Assembly (NCBI GenBank): GCA_022646745.1
Contig: CP060262.1
Coordinates: forward strand, 930,001-962,000
Length of the DNA: 32,000 nt
Source: Planctomycetales bacterium
GTDB lineage: Bacteria; 4484-113; JAFGCY01
Direction: 5' to 3'
A program made the translations under genes and the position numbers. The notes under the pieces were generated by a model. It worked only from the letters and a program-made list of their open reading frames with translations, was not told the origin of the DNA and did no database searches. Within the stretch, counting starts at the first letter, position 1, and each line of letters starts with the position of its first letter. Positions 1-8,781 of this stretch are shown piece after piece.

Positions 1-15
1 AGAATCCGCATGAGC

Positions 16-1350
16 TTAGTTTTCATCATCAGCCATCCCCACGTACAGCTCCGGGTGCTCGAAGTCGAATGTGGCGAGGTGTTCCAGCATCTCCCTGCAG
101 CGCGGCATTTCGTTGTCAATCAGATAGTGGTTGAGGGCGTATTCATCCAGAGCCTGTTGCTTGAGCAGGTTGCCATTACTTTGGCTTCCCGCCAGTGCCA
201 TATAGTCCTGCAATTCAGCTGCTGCGTTGCTGGCTGAAGCACCCCGCAGGTTGTACCAGGTGAAGGCCTCGTTCATGTACGCTGCGAGCCGTGGATCATA
301 CGCAGCGACACGGGCGTGTATGCCCGAACGCCATGCATCGTAGGCCTGCCAGTCCGCCAGCCAGGCCTGCATTCCCTTTACCTGTAGGCTGCCTGGCTCC
401 CAGTCCGTATGAAGAACCACGATTTCCGACAGAACCTCCTGCAATACTATCGGTGCCGTCAACTGCAGGGGATCATCGCTGTCAATCCGCGGGCGCAGTT
501 CCCGCCGCATCAGAGCTGACAATGCCCGGGCCATGCCCAGTTCACTGCCCGCCAGCTCAAGTTCCTTGTATATGTCCTTGAGGCGATTATGGTTGCCATA
601 TTCATAAGTGCTCTGGTAGCTTCGCAGCATTAGCAGTGATCCAGCGATCATTGGATCCAACACCGGTCCAGCTGGGGATCCAGCCCCGACCGCGATCGCC
701 AGGGGGAACAGCTCGCCACTCGCCAGACCATCCAGCGAGTTTCCTCGTTCCAGCATTTCGACATACTGCGCATCCAGGCCATACCAGCTGAGGTGGTCTG
801 CTGCGATGTAGCAGATGGCGGCATTGTCAGGCAGACGCGTGCGGTAGCGCTCGATGATCTCCGCCGTGGCAGCATCTTCCTGCCAGGCATCAAGCTCCAG
901 CGATTCATCGTAACGGATTGCGTGCAGTTCCAGCTTCATTGCGCGTGCCAGCACCTCAGGACCGGCATCATTGCATTCCGTTGCCCGCTGCAGGAAACCA
1001 GCCTCACTGCCCTGCTCATCGACACCGAGCCTGGCCAGACTGGCCCGCAGGCACCAGTAGTCGCTGCGCCCGCTGAATTCGGCTTCCCAGCTGATGACTG
1101 TTTTTAGGTCAGGAGCCCAGGGCCACTGGGACGTCCCCATCAGGTTGGCGAATCTGTCATGTACTGGCTGGCAGCTGGCGGCCAGCACCGCCCGCTGCAT
1201 GCGGTCGATTAAGGGATCCCCGCTGGGCTGAATCCTTTGCTGCGAGCGCAGCAGGAAACCACCGAAGATGATCAGGCTGAGGATGCCGCCCAGAACCAGC
1301 AAGGCGAGTGCGATCCACCTGCCTGTCCTGCCTGTCTGGATCTGCTTCAT
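16..1350 (-). CDS. hypothetical membrane-anchored protein
   Basis: 444-aa ORF. N-terminal basic residues are followed by one hydrophobic helix (WIALALLVLGGILSLIIFGGFLL). No family motif recognised. Confidence 0.6.
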   Translation of the reverse strand: MKQIQTGRTGRWIALALLVLGGILSLIIFGGFLLRSQQRIQPSGDPLIDRMQRAVLAASCQPVHDRFANLMGTSQWPWAPDLKTVISWEAEFSGRSDYWCLRASLARLGVDEQGSEAGFLQRATECNDAGPEVLARAMKLELHAIRYDESLELDAWQEDAATAEIIERYRTRLPDNAAICYIAADHLSWYGLDAQYVEMLERGNSLDGLASGELFPLAIAVGAGSPAGPVLDPMIAGSLLMLRSYQSTYEYGNHNRLKDIYKELELAGSELGMARALSALMRRELRPRIDSDDPLQLTAPIVLQEVLSEIVVLHTDWEPGSLQVKGMQAWLADWQAYDAWRSGIHARVAAYDPRLAAYMNEAFTWYNLRGASASNAAAELQDYMALAGSQSNGNLLKQQALDEYALNHYLIDNEMPRCREMLEHLATFDFEHPELYVGMADDEN

Positions 1351-1510
1351 GTCGTCCCCCGGGGCAGCTGCCCCGCATACCTATTATTACATTGCCTCGC
1401 GGACAGCAGTTTCATGACACCGCATGTCACCTTCTTCCGCCCCTGCGGCACACACCACCCGCGCCGGCAGGGTTAGGATTTCATGAAATTGCGATTACGG
1501 AGTCTGCACA

Positions 1511-3655
1511 GTGCTGAATGCCATCCGTCCCGCCGCGCTTGCGGCCATGTCCATGTGCGTGCTGCTGTCCGCATCCTGTGCGGGAAACGGGAACCGCCCG
1601 GCGCAGTCGCTGCAGCAGGCCCAGCAGCCGGCTGCCGGGCAGGCGGGTACACCCGAGGCCGGTCAACCTGATCCGGCATTTTCCCTGCCCTCCCTGAACA
1701 GCCTGAAGCTGGAGAATGCGCCCGTACGCAGCGGCTCATATGTGGATTCCGACCTGCTGCATGAGGGGGTGGAGTATGAAGCGGGCCTGCCGCATTCACA
1801 TGTGACGCAGGACGGGGCATCACTGATGTTCTCCCCCGACCTGTCGAACCCGGGCAATCCCGGCATCGCATACGCAATCTACCGCTACACGGTGCCGGAC
1901 TATGACCGCGCGCCGGAATTCCGCATCACATACGACCAGACCTTCGAATTCAGCAACTTCTGGCTGGCGCTGGCAAACTGGGAAACGCGGCGTTGGGACC
2001 TGTTCAGCCCGGTGGACCAGGACAAGTTCATCATGGACAGCATGGACCCCTACCTGGACCTCGGTGGCAACCTGCTGGCGGCCGTGATCGTGTATGGCGA
2101 CCCCGAGCTGCTGCTCGGTGCGCTGCGCATGGGGCCCTACCCGCCGGTTCCGGTGATCACGGCTGACCCCAAGACAGGAGACACCCCGCTGTCCGTCACC
2201 CTCGACGCCAGTGCCAGCGACCCGGTGGAGGGCAGCGGGCTGGAGTTCCACTGGGACACTGATGGAGACGGCGTGTTCGAGACGGACACCGGGGCAGTCA
2301 GCATGCTGAATGCCGAGTACCCGGAAAACGGAGTCTGGAGCCCGGCGGTGATGGTTGTCAACGATGCCGGCGTCAGCGCCGTTGCCAGTACGGACGTGAC
2401 GGCATATGGCACATGGTTCCACACATGGGGGCGCAGTGAGCTGGATGAATACTCCGACGTGATCGGCGCGGCGGACGGCAGCGTGTACGCCTGCGGGACG
2501 AGTGACCAGCCCGGTCCGGGAGTGGACTACGACGGCCTGCTGGCTCACTGGAGCGCGGACGGGCAGCTGCTGTGGACGAAACGCTTCGATACGGGCGGGG
2601 ATGACCTGTACCACGCCATCGCCCAGGATAGCAGCGGCGACATCATCGTCTGTGGCCAGACCGGCAGCGGGCCGGATGTTGACATGCTGGTGCAGAAGTT
2701 TGACGCGGACGGCTCGACCATCTGGGGCCGCAGCTTCGGCGGGGCCAAGTTCGACCGCTGCGAGCAGGTACTGGCCGATGGCGGCGACATCTACCTGGCG
2801 GGCCAGACCAGCAGCCTCGGGGCCACCAACGACGTGTTCCTGATGAAGCTGGACAGTGATGGAGCAGTGCTCTGGCAGGCCGCACGTGACCAGGCCGGAA
2901 CCTCCGAGCAGCTGGCTGACATGGCCGGCAGCTACTCGCTGATCGGCGGGCTGAGCGGGCTGGTCGTGCTGTGCGAAAGCAGCTCGGCGGGTACCCCGAA
3001 TGTCTGGAAGCTGGTCTACGGCAGCAGCGGCAGCTTCTCCAGCGGGCAGTTGATGCAGGGCTCGCAGTACCCCAAGACTGACTTCACACTGGTGCACAAC
3101 CGCAATGTCTTCAACAACGAAGTGCACAACTACATCGCCGGGCACATTGTCTACGAAGGCAAGCCCGGGTTGTTCCTGTCCGACACGGATGGCACGGGCG
3201 CGGCAGTCGACTTCCGCTTCATGCCGGACCTGCCCTCCGACCACAGCGCGATGATTGACAACGGCGATGGCAACCTGCTGCTGATGGCAACCGGGAATGC
3301 AGACGGAGATGGCCTGACCGACATCTGCCTGTACTTCTTCACGAAGACCCTGGCCCACCTGGATTCCGTCAGCCTGCTGAATGCCGGCGGGACAATGCGC
3401 GGCACCGGCCTGGCCCCCTACCGCCAGGGAGTACTGGCCTGCGGCTATGCACCGGACATATCCTTCACCGTCAAGCTGCCATCGATTTCGGCGCAGATCC
3501 TTACGATCGGCTTTGACGACGCGGATGGCAATGCTGTGGCGATCAACTGGCCAGCTGATCCGCTGGTGGGCATCTTCGATGAGGTGGCCCAGCAGGGCGT
3601 GCTGGACACGGGAGCCGGCGGAAATGATGGCCTGCTGATGTACCTGATTCCCTGA
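1511..3655 (+). CDS. predicted lipoprotein with PKD domain and beta-propeller (SBBP-like) repeats
   Basis: GTG start. Signal peptide with lipobox LSAS-C. PKD-like segment (PLSVTLDASASDPVEGSGLEFHWDTDGDGVFETDTG). Repeated motifs of the form DG..LWT..FG/GG...D.......D..G.I...G.T are typical of beta-propeller repeat proteins. Confidence 0.8.
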   Translation: MLNAIRPAALAAMSMCVLLSASCAGNGNRPAQSLQQAQQPAAGQAGTPEAGQPDPAFSLPSLNSLKLENAPVRSGSYVDSDLLHEGVEYEAGLPHSHVTQDGASLMFSPDLSNPGNPGIAYAIYRYTVPDYDRAPEFRITYDQTFEFSNFWLALANWETRRWDLFSPVDQDKFIMDSMDPYLDLGGNLLAAVIVYGDPELLLGALRMGPYPPVPVITADPKTGDTPLSVTLDASASDPVEGSGLEFHWDTDGDGVFETDTGAVSMLNAEYPENGVWSPAVMVVNDAGVSAVASTDVTAYGTWFHTWGRSELDEYSDVIGAADGSVYACGTSDQPGPGVDYDGLLAHWSADGQLLWTKRFDTGGDDLYHAIAQDSSGDIIVCGQTGSGPDVDMLVQKFDADGSTIWGRSFGGAKFDRCEQVLADGGDIYLAGQTSSLGATNDVFLMKLDSDGAVLWQAARDQAGTSEQLADMAGSYSLIGGLSGLVVLCESSSAGTPNVWKLVYGSSGSFSSGQLMQGSQYPKTDFTLVHNRNVFNNEVHNYIAGHIVYEGKPGLFLSDTDGTGAAVDFRFMPDLPSDHSAMIDNGDGNLLLMATGNADGDGLTDICLYFFTKTLAHLDSVSLLNAGGTMRGTGLAPYRQGVLACGYAPDISFTVKLPSISAQILTIGFDDADGNAVAINWPADPLVGIFDEVAQQGVLDTGAGGNDGLLMYLIP

Positions 3656-3703
3656 TGAACGTCCGGCCAGCGCTTATAGTCCTCTCATTACAGGGGAGAG
3701 CCG

Positions 3704-4105
3704 ATGCTCTGGCGCAGACGAAGTGGCACGCAATTGCTGATCCTGCTGATCGGTGGGACTGTGCTGTTCGTTGAGTGGATGGACAGTGTCGGGCGAGGCT
3801 TCAGCAGGCTGCCGCAGCGGCAGACACCTTACAGCTCTGACAACCCACAGGATGAACCGCGGCACCAGCGCGGCTACAGCTACTTCCAGAAGCCATACCG
3901 CATCGGCAACTTCGAGGCCATGCTGCGGCAGGGGCCGGACCGGCTGGGCCTGGATGACAGCCTGATCCACATGGAGCCGGAGTGGTCATACGTGGAACAA
4001 AGCCGGCCGACGGATGACGAGCTGCTCAGGCAGCCGTTTGAGTTGTGGGAGTACGGAGTCATTCCAGCCCAGGACGAGCTTTATCCCTGGCCGCCGGAGT
4101 ACTGA
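3704..4105 (+). CDS. hypothetical protein with N-terminal TM helix
   Basis: 133-aa ORF. Purine-rich GGGGAGAG lies about 5 nt upstream of the ATG. N-terminal hydrophobic helix (LLILLIGGTVLFV). No recognisable domain. Confidence 0.45.
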   Translation: MLWRRRSGTQLLILLIGGTVLFVEWMDSVGRGFSRLPQRQTPYSSDNPQDEPRHQRGYSYFQKPYRIGNFEAMLRQGPDRLGLDDSLIHMEPEWSYVEQSRPTDDELLRQPFELWEYGVIPAQDELYPWPPEY

Positions 4106-4454
4106 CGGAACTGGCAAGATCGGACTGTTCAAGCTCACGCGCAGCCGCGCCTGACCTCAGTTGCAGGTGGCGGCGCTGCTTGAGCCGGTGTGCCAGGCGG
4201 CCGAGACTGGAGCCGAGATTTGAGAATGCGATCACCAGCCAGGTGATCACCCGCATGTTTGAGTCAAGCGGAATGATATCGGTATGCATGTAGTACACGA
4301 GCGGGACCAGCGCGAAGCTGCCGATAGTGGCAACCAGCTCCATCGTGTAACCAGCCTCACCGGGGCGGCGCAGCAGCAAGGCGGCCAGCCGTACAGGCGC
4401 TGACAGGGCTAGCGCAGCGAGGATCACCAGGTCATGGAGCGGTAACTGCGGCAC
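4059..4454 (-). CDS. hypothetical small membrane protein
   Basis: 131-aa ORF with 2-3 hydrophobic segments. Its 3' end overlaps the convergent ORF 3704..4105 by 47 nt, so one of the two may be mis-called. Confidence 0.35.
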   Translation of the reverse strand: MPQLPLHDLVILAALALSAPVRLAALLLRRPGEAGYTMELVATIGSFALVPLVYYMHTDIIPLDSNMRVITWLVIAFSNLGSSLGRLAHRLKQRRHLQLRSGAAARELEQSDLASSVSTPAARDKARPGLE

Positions 4455-4742
4455 CTGGCCACTATATCAGCCGTGCATTGCCAGCCGGGCCACGAGCATC
4501 AGGCCGAGCACGATGGAGGCAGTTACAACGATGCGCCTCTGGCGACGCCTGCGGATCCTGCGAAACAACATTCCAGTTCTCCCCGGTTTGGCGCTTAATG
4601 GCGCTGCCCCGTTACAGCTGGAACTTGGAGCATGGAATTTGCCGGAAAGTTGCAGGACTGCACCAGACACATGTAACCGAAACCGGTGGATTTCGTCATC
4701 TGTCCCGGGTGGCCTTCCTGCCGCCCAAGGGTGGAATTGGAA

Positions 4743-7034
4743 ATGGTAAGGAACGCTGTAGGGATAACTTTCCTTTATATCTGCTCGCTGCTGCTCGCTT
4801 CGTGCGGCGGTGGCAACTCCAACCAGGACTCAGTGTCCGTCGATCCCGTCCCCGTTGACCGCCTGGAGCAGGCAGCACTCGATGCTGCGCAGCTCGAGCG
4901 GCCGGATGGCGTGGATCGACAGGACTGGGACAGGCTGGTGGCAGCTTTGACGAAGGCGATCGAGGACCGCCGCGACGGTGTGCTGAAGGCAACGAACATG
5001 CTTGAGCTGCCGGCGGACTTCAGCTACGACGGCGAGAGGCTGACATGGACGCAGCGCCTGCCGGGGGACTATGACAACAACGGCGAGGTCAACATCAGCG
5101 ACCTCGTGCCGCTGGGCATCCGCTTCGGTGACAGCCTGGACGGCTCGGAACCGGCGGGCAGCGCGCTGAGGCGCATCGATGGCAACGGTGACGGGCTGGT
5201 CGGGATCTCCGACATCACCCCGATCGGGATCCACATCGGTGAATCCGTCACGGGCTATGCGGTGTACTACATGGCAACCGCCAGTGCCACGCCGAGCGAG
5301 ATCGGCATCATCGACCCGCCAGCAGCAGGCACCGGTGCCACGGCGGACACGACTGTCTATACCTTCAAGCCTGACAACGTGGGATTCTACGCTGTCAGCC
5401 CGCGCGGTGTCGGCCATTCCGTCACCAGCCGCACGGAATACATCCAGGTCGGCGAGCCCGGTGTCGACCCGGACCCTGATCCTGACCCGGATCCGGACCC
5501 GGACCCCGACCCTGATCCCGACCCCGACCCTGATCCGGACTGGACGCTCAACCCGATGCTGCATTCCGAGCCGGCCCCGCTGCCTGGCGCCGGGACGATC
5601 AACGGCGAAGTTGTTGACATCAATGGCAATCCGCTGGAAGGCATCACGGTCAGCATCCCCGGCATGGGCTCGGTGCTCAGCAATGAGCAGGGCGCTTTCG
5701 CCGGCGGCAACGTGGCGGCGAGCTATGGCGTGCCGATCGGCGTGCAGGGGCCGGGCATCGCGCGCTCAACGGCGATTGCGAGGGTCGACGGCACGCGGGA
5801 GAGCTACCTGCGGGTCACGGTGCTGGCCCAGGGGGTAATGGACACGATTGACGCCGGGGACGGCGGCACGGTCAAGCTCGGCGAAACGGCTTCAGTGACC
5901 TTCCCCTCCTCCGCGCTTGTGGACGGCGGCGGCACCCTACTGGACCGCCCGGTGGACGTGTCAATCACTCCGATTGATGCATCCAACCCCGTGGCGCTGG
6001 CGGCCGTGCCGGGCAACTTCACCGCGCGGCAGATGGACGGTACGGGCGCAATGCTGGAAACCTTCGGCATGATGGAGATCTTCGTGGATGACGGGCTGGG
6101 CAACGCCTGCAACATCGCGGATGGCAAGCTGGCGGACCTGAAGATCCCGATTGCTGACAAGGACCAGGCCACTTCGCCCGAGACGGTCGGGATGTACAGC
6201 TTCGACGAGGTGAGCGGGGAGTGGATCGAGGAAGGGACGATGAGCAAGAGCCCCGACGGGAAGTTCTACATTGCCAACATCCCGCACCTGAGCTGGTGGA
6301 ACCCGGACGTGGTGGTGCCGGTAAACAACACCACCGCGATCGAAGTGACGGTGACGGACACCGAGGGCACCCCGCTCTCCCTGACCCGGGTCGAGGCCCA
6401 GGGCCTGAACTACAACACACTAGTCACCGCGACCACCAATGCCTACGGCAAGGTGGTGATTCCGCTCAGGCGCAATTCCCAGGTGCGGCTGGTGGTGCAT
6501 TCCTTCAGCCGCTCCGAGCCTGTGGAGCAGGTGATAACCACGCCGGATACGATCTATGTGCCGGGCAACCCGGCGACGGTCACCCCGGTGGACGTTGAGG
6601 TGAGCATCGACCGCCAGAGCATGGCGTTCTCACTGGTCTGGAATGAGGAGCCGCAGGACCTTGACCTGCACCTGCTGTCACCCTACGGACACTGCTACCA
6701 CGGTGTGCCAAATCCTGGCAACACGGAACTGTACAAGGATGACAAGTGGCGCTACGGGCCGGAGCGGATCAATGTCTGGCAGGGCAAGGACGGTGTCTAT
6801 GACCTGTATGTATATGACTGGTACGAAGGCCAGACGGGCCTGCTGCCTGGCAGCGGTGCATATGTGGTGCTGACCGGCGACACTGTACCGATGCAGCGGA
6901 TCTATGTGCCATCCAGTGCGCCTGGCCTCGGATTCTGCTGGCATGTGTGCCGCGTCACATTGTCAAACGACGGCCAGGATGCCGACGTGGAAGTGATTAA
7001 CCAGTGGGAGGATGACCCGCCGTTCTTCCCGTAG
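4743..7034 (+). CDS. predicted surface lipoprotein with dockerin-like repeats, (DP)12 linker, CarboxypepD_reg-like fold and DUF2135-like C-terminus
   Basis: An internal Met gives a classic lipoprotein signal (MVRNAVGITFLYICSLLLAS-C). Two EF-hand dockerin-like repeats (DYDNNGEVNISDLVPLG; IDGNGDGLVGISDITPIG). DPDPDP... linker. INGEVVDINGNPLEGITVSIPG resembles the carboxypeptidase-regulatory fold. The C-terminal DLDLHLLSPYG...YGPERI...GVYDLYVYDWY resembles the YfaP/DUF2135 module. The track start at 4686 is judged an upstream extension. Confidence 0.8.
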   Translation: MVRNAVGITFLYICSLLLASCGGGNSNQDSVSVDPVPVDRLEQAALDAAQLERPDGVDRQDWDRLVAALTKAIEDRRDGVLKATNMLELPADFSYDGERLTWTQRLPGDYDNNGEVNISDLVPLGIRFGDSLDGSEPAGSALRRIDGNGDGLVGISDITPIGIHIGESVTGYAVYYMATASATPSEIGIIDPPAAGTGATADTTVYTFKPDNVGFYAVSPRGVGHSVTSRTEYIQVGEPGVDPDPDPDPDPDPDPDPDPDPDPDPDWTLNPMLHSEPAPLPGAGTINGEVVDINGNPLEGITVSIPGMGSVLSNEQGAFAGGNVAASYGVPIGVQGPGIARSTAIARVDGTRESYLRVTVLAQGVMDTIDAGDGGTVKLGETASVTFPSSALVDGGGTLLDRPVDVSITPIDASNPVALAAVPGNFTARQMDGTGAMLETFGMMEIFVDDGLGNACNIADGKLADLKIPIADKDQATSPETVGMYSFDEVSGEWIEEGTMSKSPDGKFYIANIPHLSWWNPDVVVPVNNTTAIEVTVTDTEGTPLSLTRVEAQGLNYNTLVTATTNAYGKVVIPLRRNSQVRLVVHSFSRSEPVEQVITTPDTIYVPGNPATVTPVDVEVSIDRQSMAFSLVWNEEPQDLDLHLLSPYGHCYHGVPNPGNTELYKDDKWRYGPERINVWQGKDGVYDLYVYDWYEGQTGLLPGSGAYVVLTGDTVPMQRIYVPSSAPGLGFCWHVCRVTLSNDGQDADVEVINQWEDDPPFFP
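5466..5540 (+). repeat. in-frame (GAY CCN)n tract encoding a (Asp-Pro)12-Asp linker
   Basis: The translation reads DPDPDPDPDPDPDPDPDPDPDPDPD. Codons vary between repeats, which suggests selection on the peptide rather than recent slippage. Confidence 0.9.
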
Positions 7035-7150
7035 AGAGCAGGGAGCTGAAAGCAGGGAGCAGAAGCAGAATGAGAAACAGGAGCAGGCAGTAAGGAGTGT
7101 GGCATGGGAGCCTCGGCGAAATTCAGCCGGGGCCTTCCATTTTTCAACCT

Positions 7151-7198
7151 TGCCAGGCATTCGTCCTGCCTCCGTTGCCAGACTTTCGTCTGGCCTCC
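7151..7198 (+). repeat. two tandem REP-like units (TGCCAG-RY-N4-RY-CTGGCCTCC family)
   Basis: TGCCAGGCATTCGTCCTGCCTCC (degenerate) and TGCCAGACTTTCGTCTGGCCTCC, located between convergent genes. Confidence 0.7.
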
Positions 7199-7199
7199 G

Positions 7200-8402
7200 C
7201 TAGGCGTGCCCGACCTCGAACAGGCGCACGAACAGGTTGTAGGCCTCGCGGTCGGTCATGCCCGCGATGTAGTCCACGATCACGCGCAGCGGCTCGCGGT
7301 GCAGGCGGTCCTCGCCCTTGCCAACCGCCGTCGAGTAGTCGCCGTACTGCAGCGGTGGCAGCAGGGATGGGTTGTCACGCAGGTGGGTGAACAGGCGCTC
7401 GATGATCATCTGGCCCTTCACCGTGCCGCGCCGCACGCGGTAGTCCTGGTAGAAGCGGTCCATCAGGAAGCGCCCGAGCTCGTCATTGAGCGGCGCGAAG
7501 CCGCTGCTGAAGCCGACGAGGTCGACCTTCGCCGCCGCCACGTCCGCATCCGTTGCCACCTTGGCCTCGCGCATCCGGCGCTGGGTCTCGGCCAGCACGT
7601 CGCCGACCATCAGGTTGATCAGGCGCCGCGTGACCTGCGGCAGGCGCACGCGTTCATCCTCGATCTCCCCCATCTCGTCCCAGACCTGCTGCCAGATCTC
7701 GAGCCCGCTGGTCATCCAGTCCTGGATTGACAGGGTGCCGCTCACGATGCTGTCCTCCAGGTCGTGGCTGCGGTAGGCGATCTGGTCCGCGATGCTCGCC
7801 ACCTGCGACTCCAGGCTGGGGGCCTGGCCCGGCAGGAAGTGGTTGGTGAGCGTCTTGTCGTGCGGGGTGTCGTGCTTCTCCATCCCGGCCAGGGTATGCA
7901 CCGTCAGGTTCAGGCCGGGGAAGTCCGGGTAGCGGTGCTCCAGCTGGCGCACGATCTTCAGTGAATGGTCATTGTGGTTGAAGGAGCGCACAAGCTCCCT
8001 CAGCTTGTCCTCGCCGGAATGCCCGAAGGGCGTGTGCCCGAGGTCATGCGCCAGTGCGATGGCGCTCGCCAGGTCCTCATTGAGCCCGAGCGTGCGCGAC
8101 ATCGAGGTGGCGATCTGGCTCACTTCGAGCGTATGGGTCAGGCGGTTGCGCACCACGTCGCCCATCTCGCCGCCCTCGCCGAACACGATCACCTGGGTCT
8201 TGTACTCCAGCTTGCGGAAGGCATGCGAGTGCGTGATGCGGTGCCAGTCCCGCTGGAAATGCGTGCGGTCCGCCGGCGGGTCCTCGCCATGCTCGCGTCC
8301 TGTGACATTCACCGTGTCGCTGCACACCGCAAAGGGTGCGAGGTAGGCACGCTCCTGTTTTTCGAGCTGCTCACGGCGGCGGATGATCGGGCTTGCTGTC
8401 AC
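7200..8402 (-). CDS. dgt: dGTPase-like deoxynucleoside triphosphate triphosphohydrolase (HD domain)
   Basis: Motifs RT.FQRDWHRI.HS.AFR.L..KTQV, NRLTHTLEVSQIA and ALAHDLGHTPFGHSGE are characteristic of the Dgt/dGTPase-like HD family. C-terminal DYIAGMTDREA. Confidence 0.9.
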   Translation of the reverse strand: MTASPIIRRREQLEKQERAYLAPFAVCSDTVNVTGREHGEDPPADRTHFQRDWHRITHSHAFRKLEYKTQVIVFGEGGEMGDVVRNRLTHTLEVSQIATSMSRTLGLNEDLASAIALAHDLGHTPFGHSGEDKLRELVRSFNHNDHSLKIVRQLEHRYPDFPGLNLTVHTLAGMEKHDTPHDKTLTNHFLPGQAPSLESQVASIADQIAYRSHDLEDSIVSGTLSIQDWMTSGLEIWQQVWDEMGEIEDERVRLPQVTRRLINLMVGDVLAETQRRMREAKVATDADVAAAKVDLVGFSSGFAPLNDELGRFLMDRFYQDYRVRRGTVKGQMIIERLFTHLRDNPSLLPPLQYGDYSTAVGKGEDRLHREPLRVIVDYIAGMTDREAYNLFVRLFEVGHA

Positions 8403-8781
8403 CGCAGCATTATAGGGCAGCCCGCTTGCGCACTTGGTTTCACGCGCTCACTGTTGCTTGAAAAACTGTGCACGCCGCTTGACCGGCAGCCATCGGTTTA
8501 TTGCTCCATTATTGAATTTTGGAGCATTACCCCCACGTTTTTTTCAGTGTTTTTTCCAGTTCCTGCTTAGTTACCAACATACGCACGTGTTATCCACAGG
8601 ATACGAGCCGTTTTTTAACCCGGCACGGGTTTAATTTCTGCCGGTAGCGGCGGATTAGATATGCGAGGCTTGTGGAACGGGTTGATGGGAATGGCCTGTT
8701 TCACGTCCCCTGCGGTAGCCGGGGCAGGCAACTGTTGGGGAGGGTCTCGCGCACAGTCCATAGAAAGGGAAGAACGCACTG

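Noticed and set aside
8590-8598. Perfect DnaA box TTATCCACA in the AT-rich divergent region between dgt and the CAP-domain gene, as a possible oriC.
   Set aside because: It is a single perfect box with no cluster of additional boxes within 2 mismatches. No dnaA, dnaN or gidA context is present. A single 9-mer can occur by chance. The AT-rich tract is adequately explained as a divergent promoter region.
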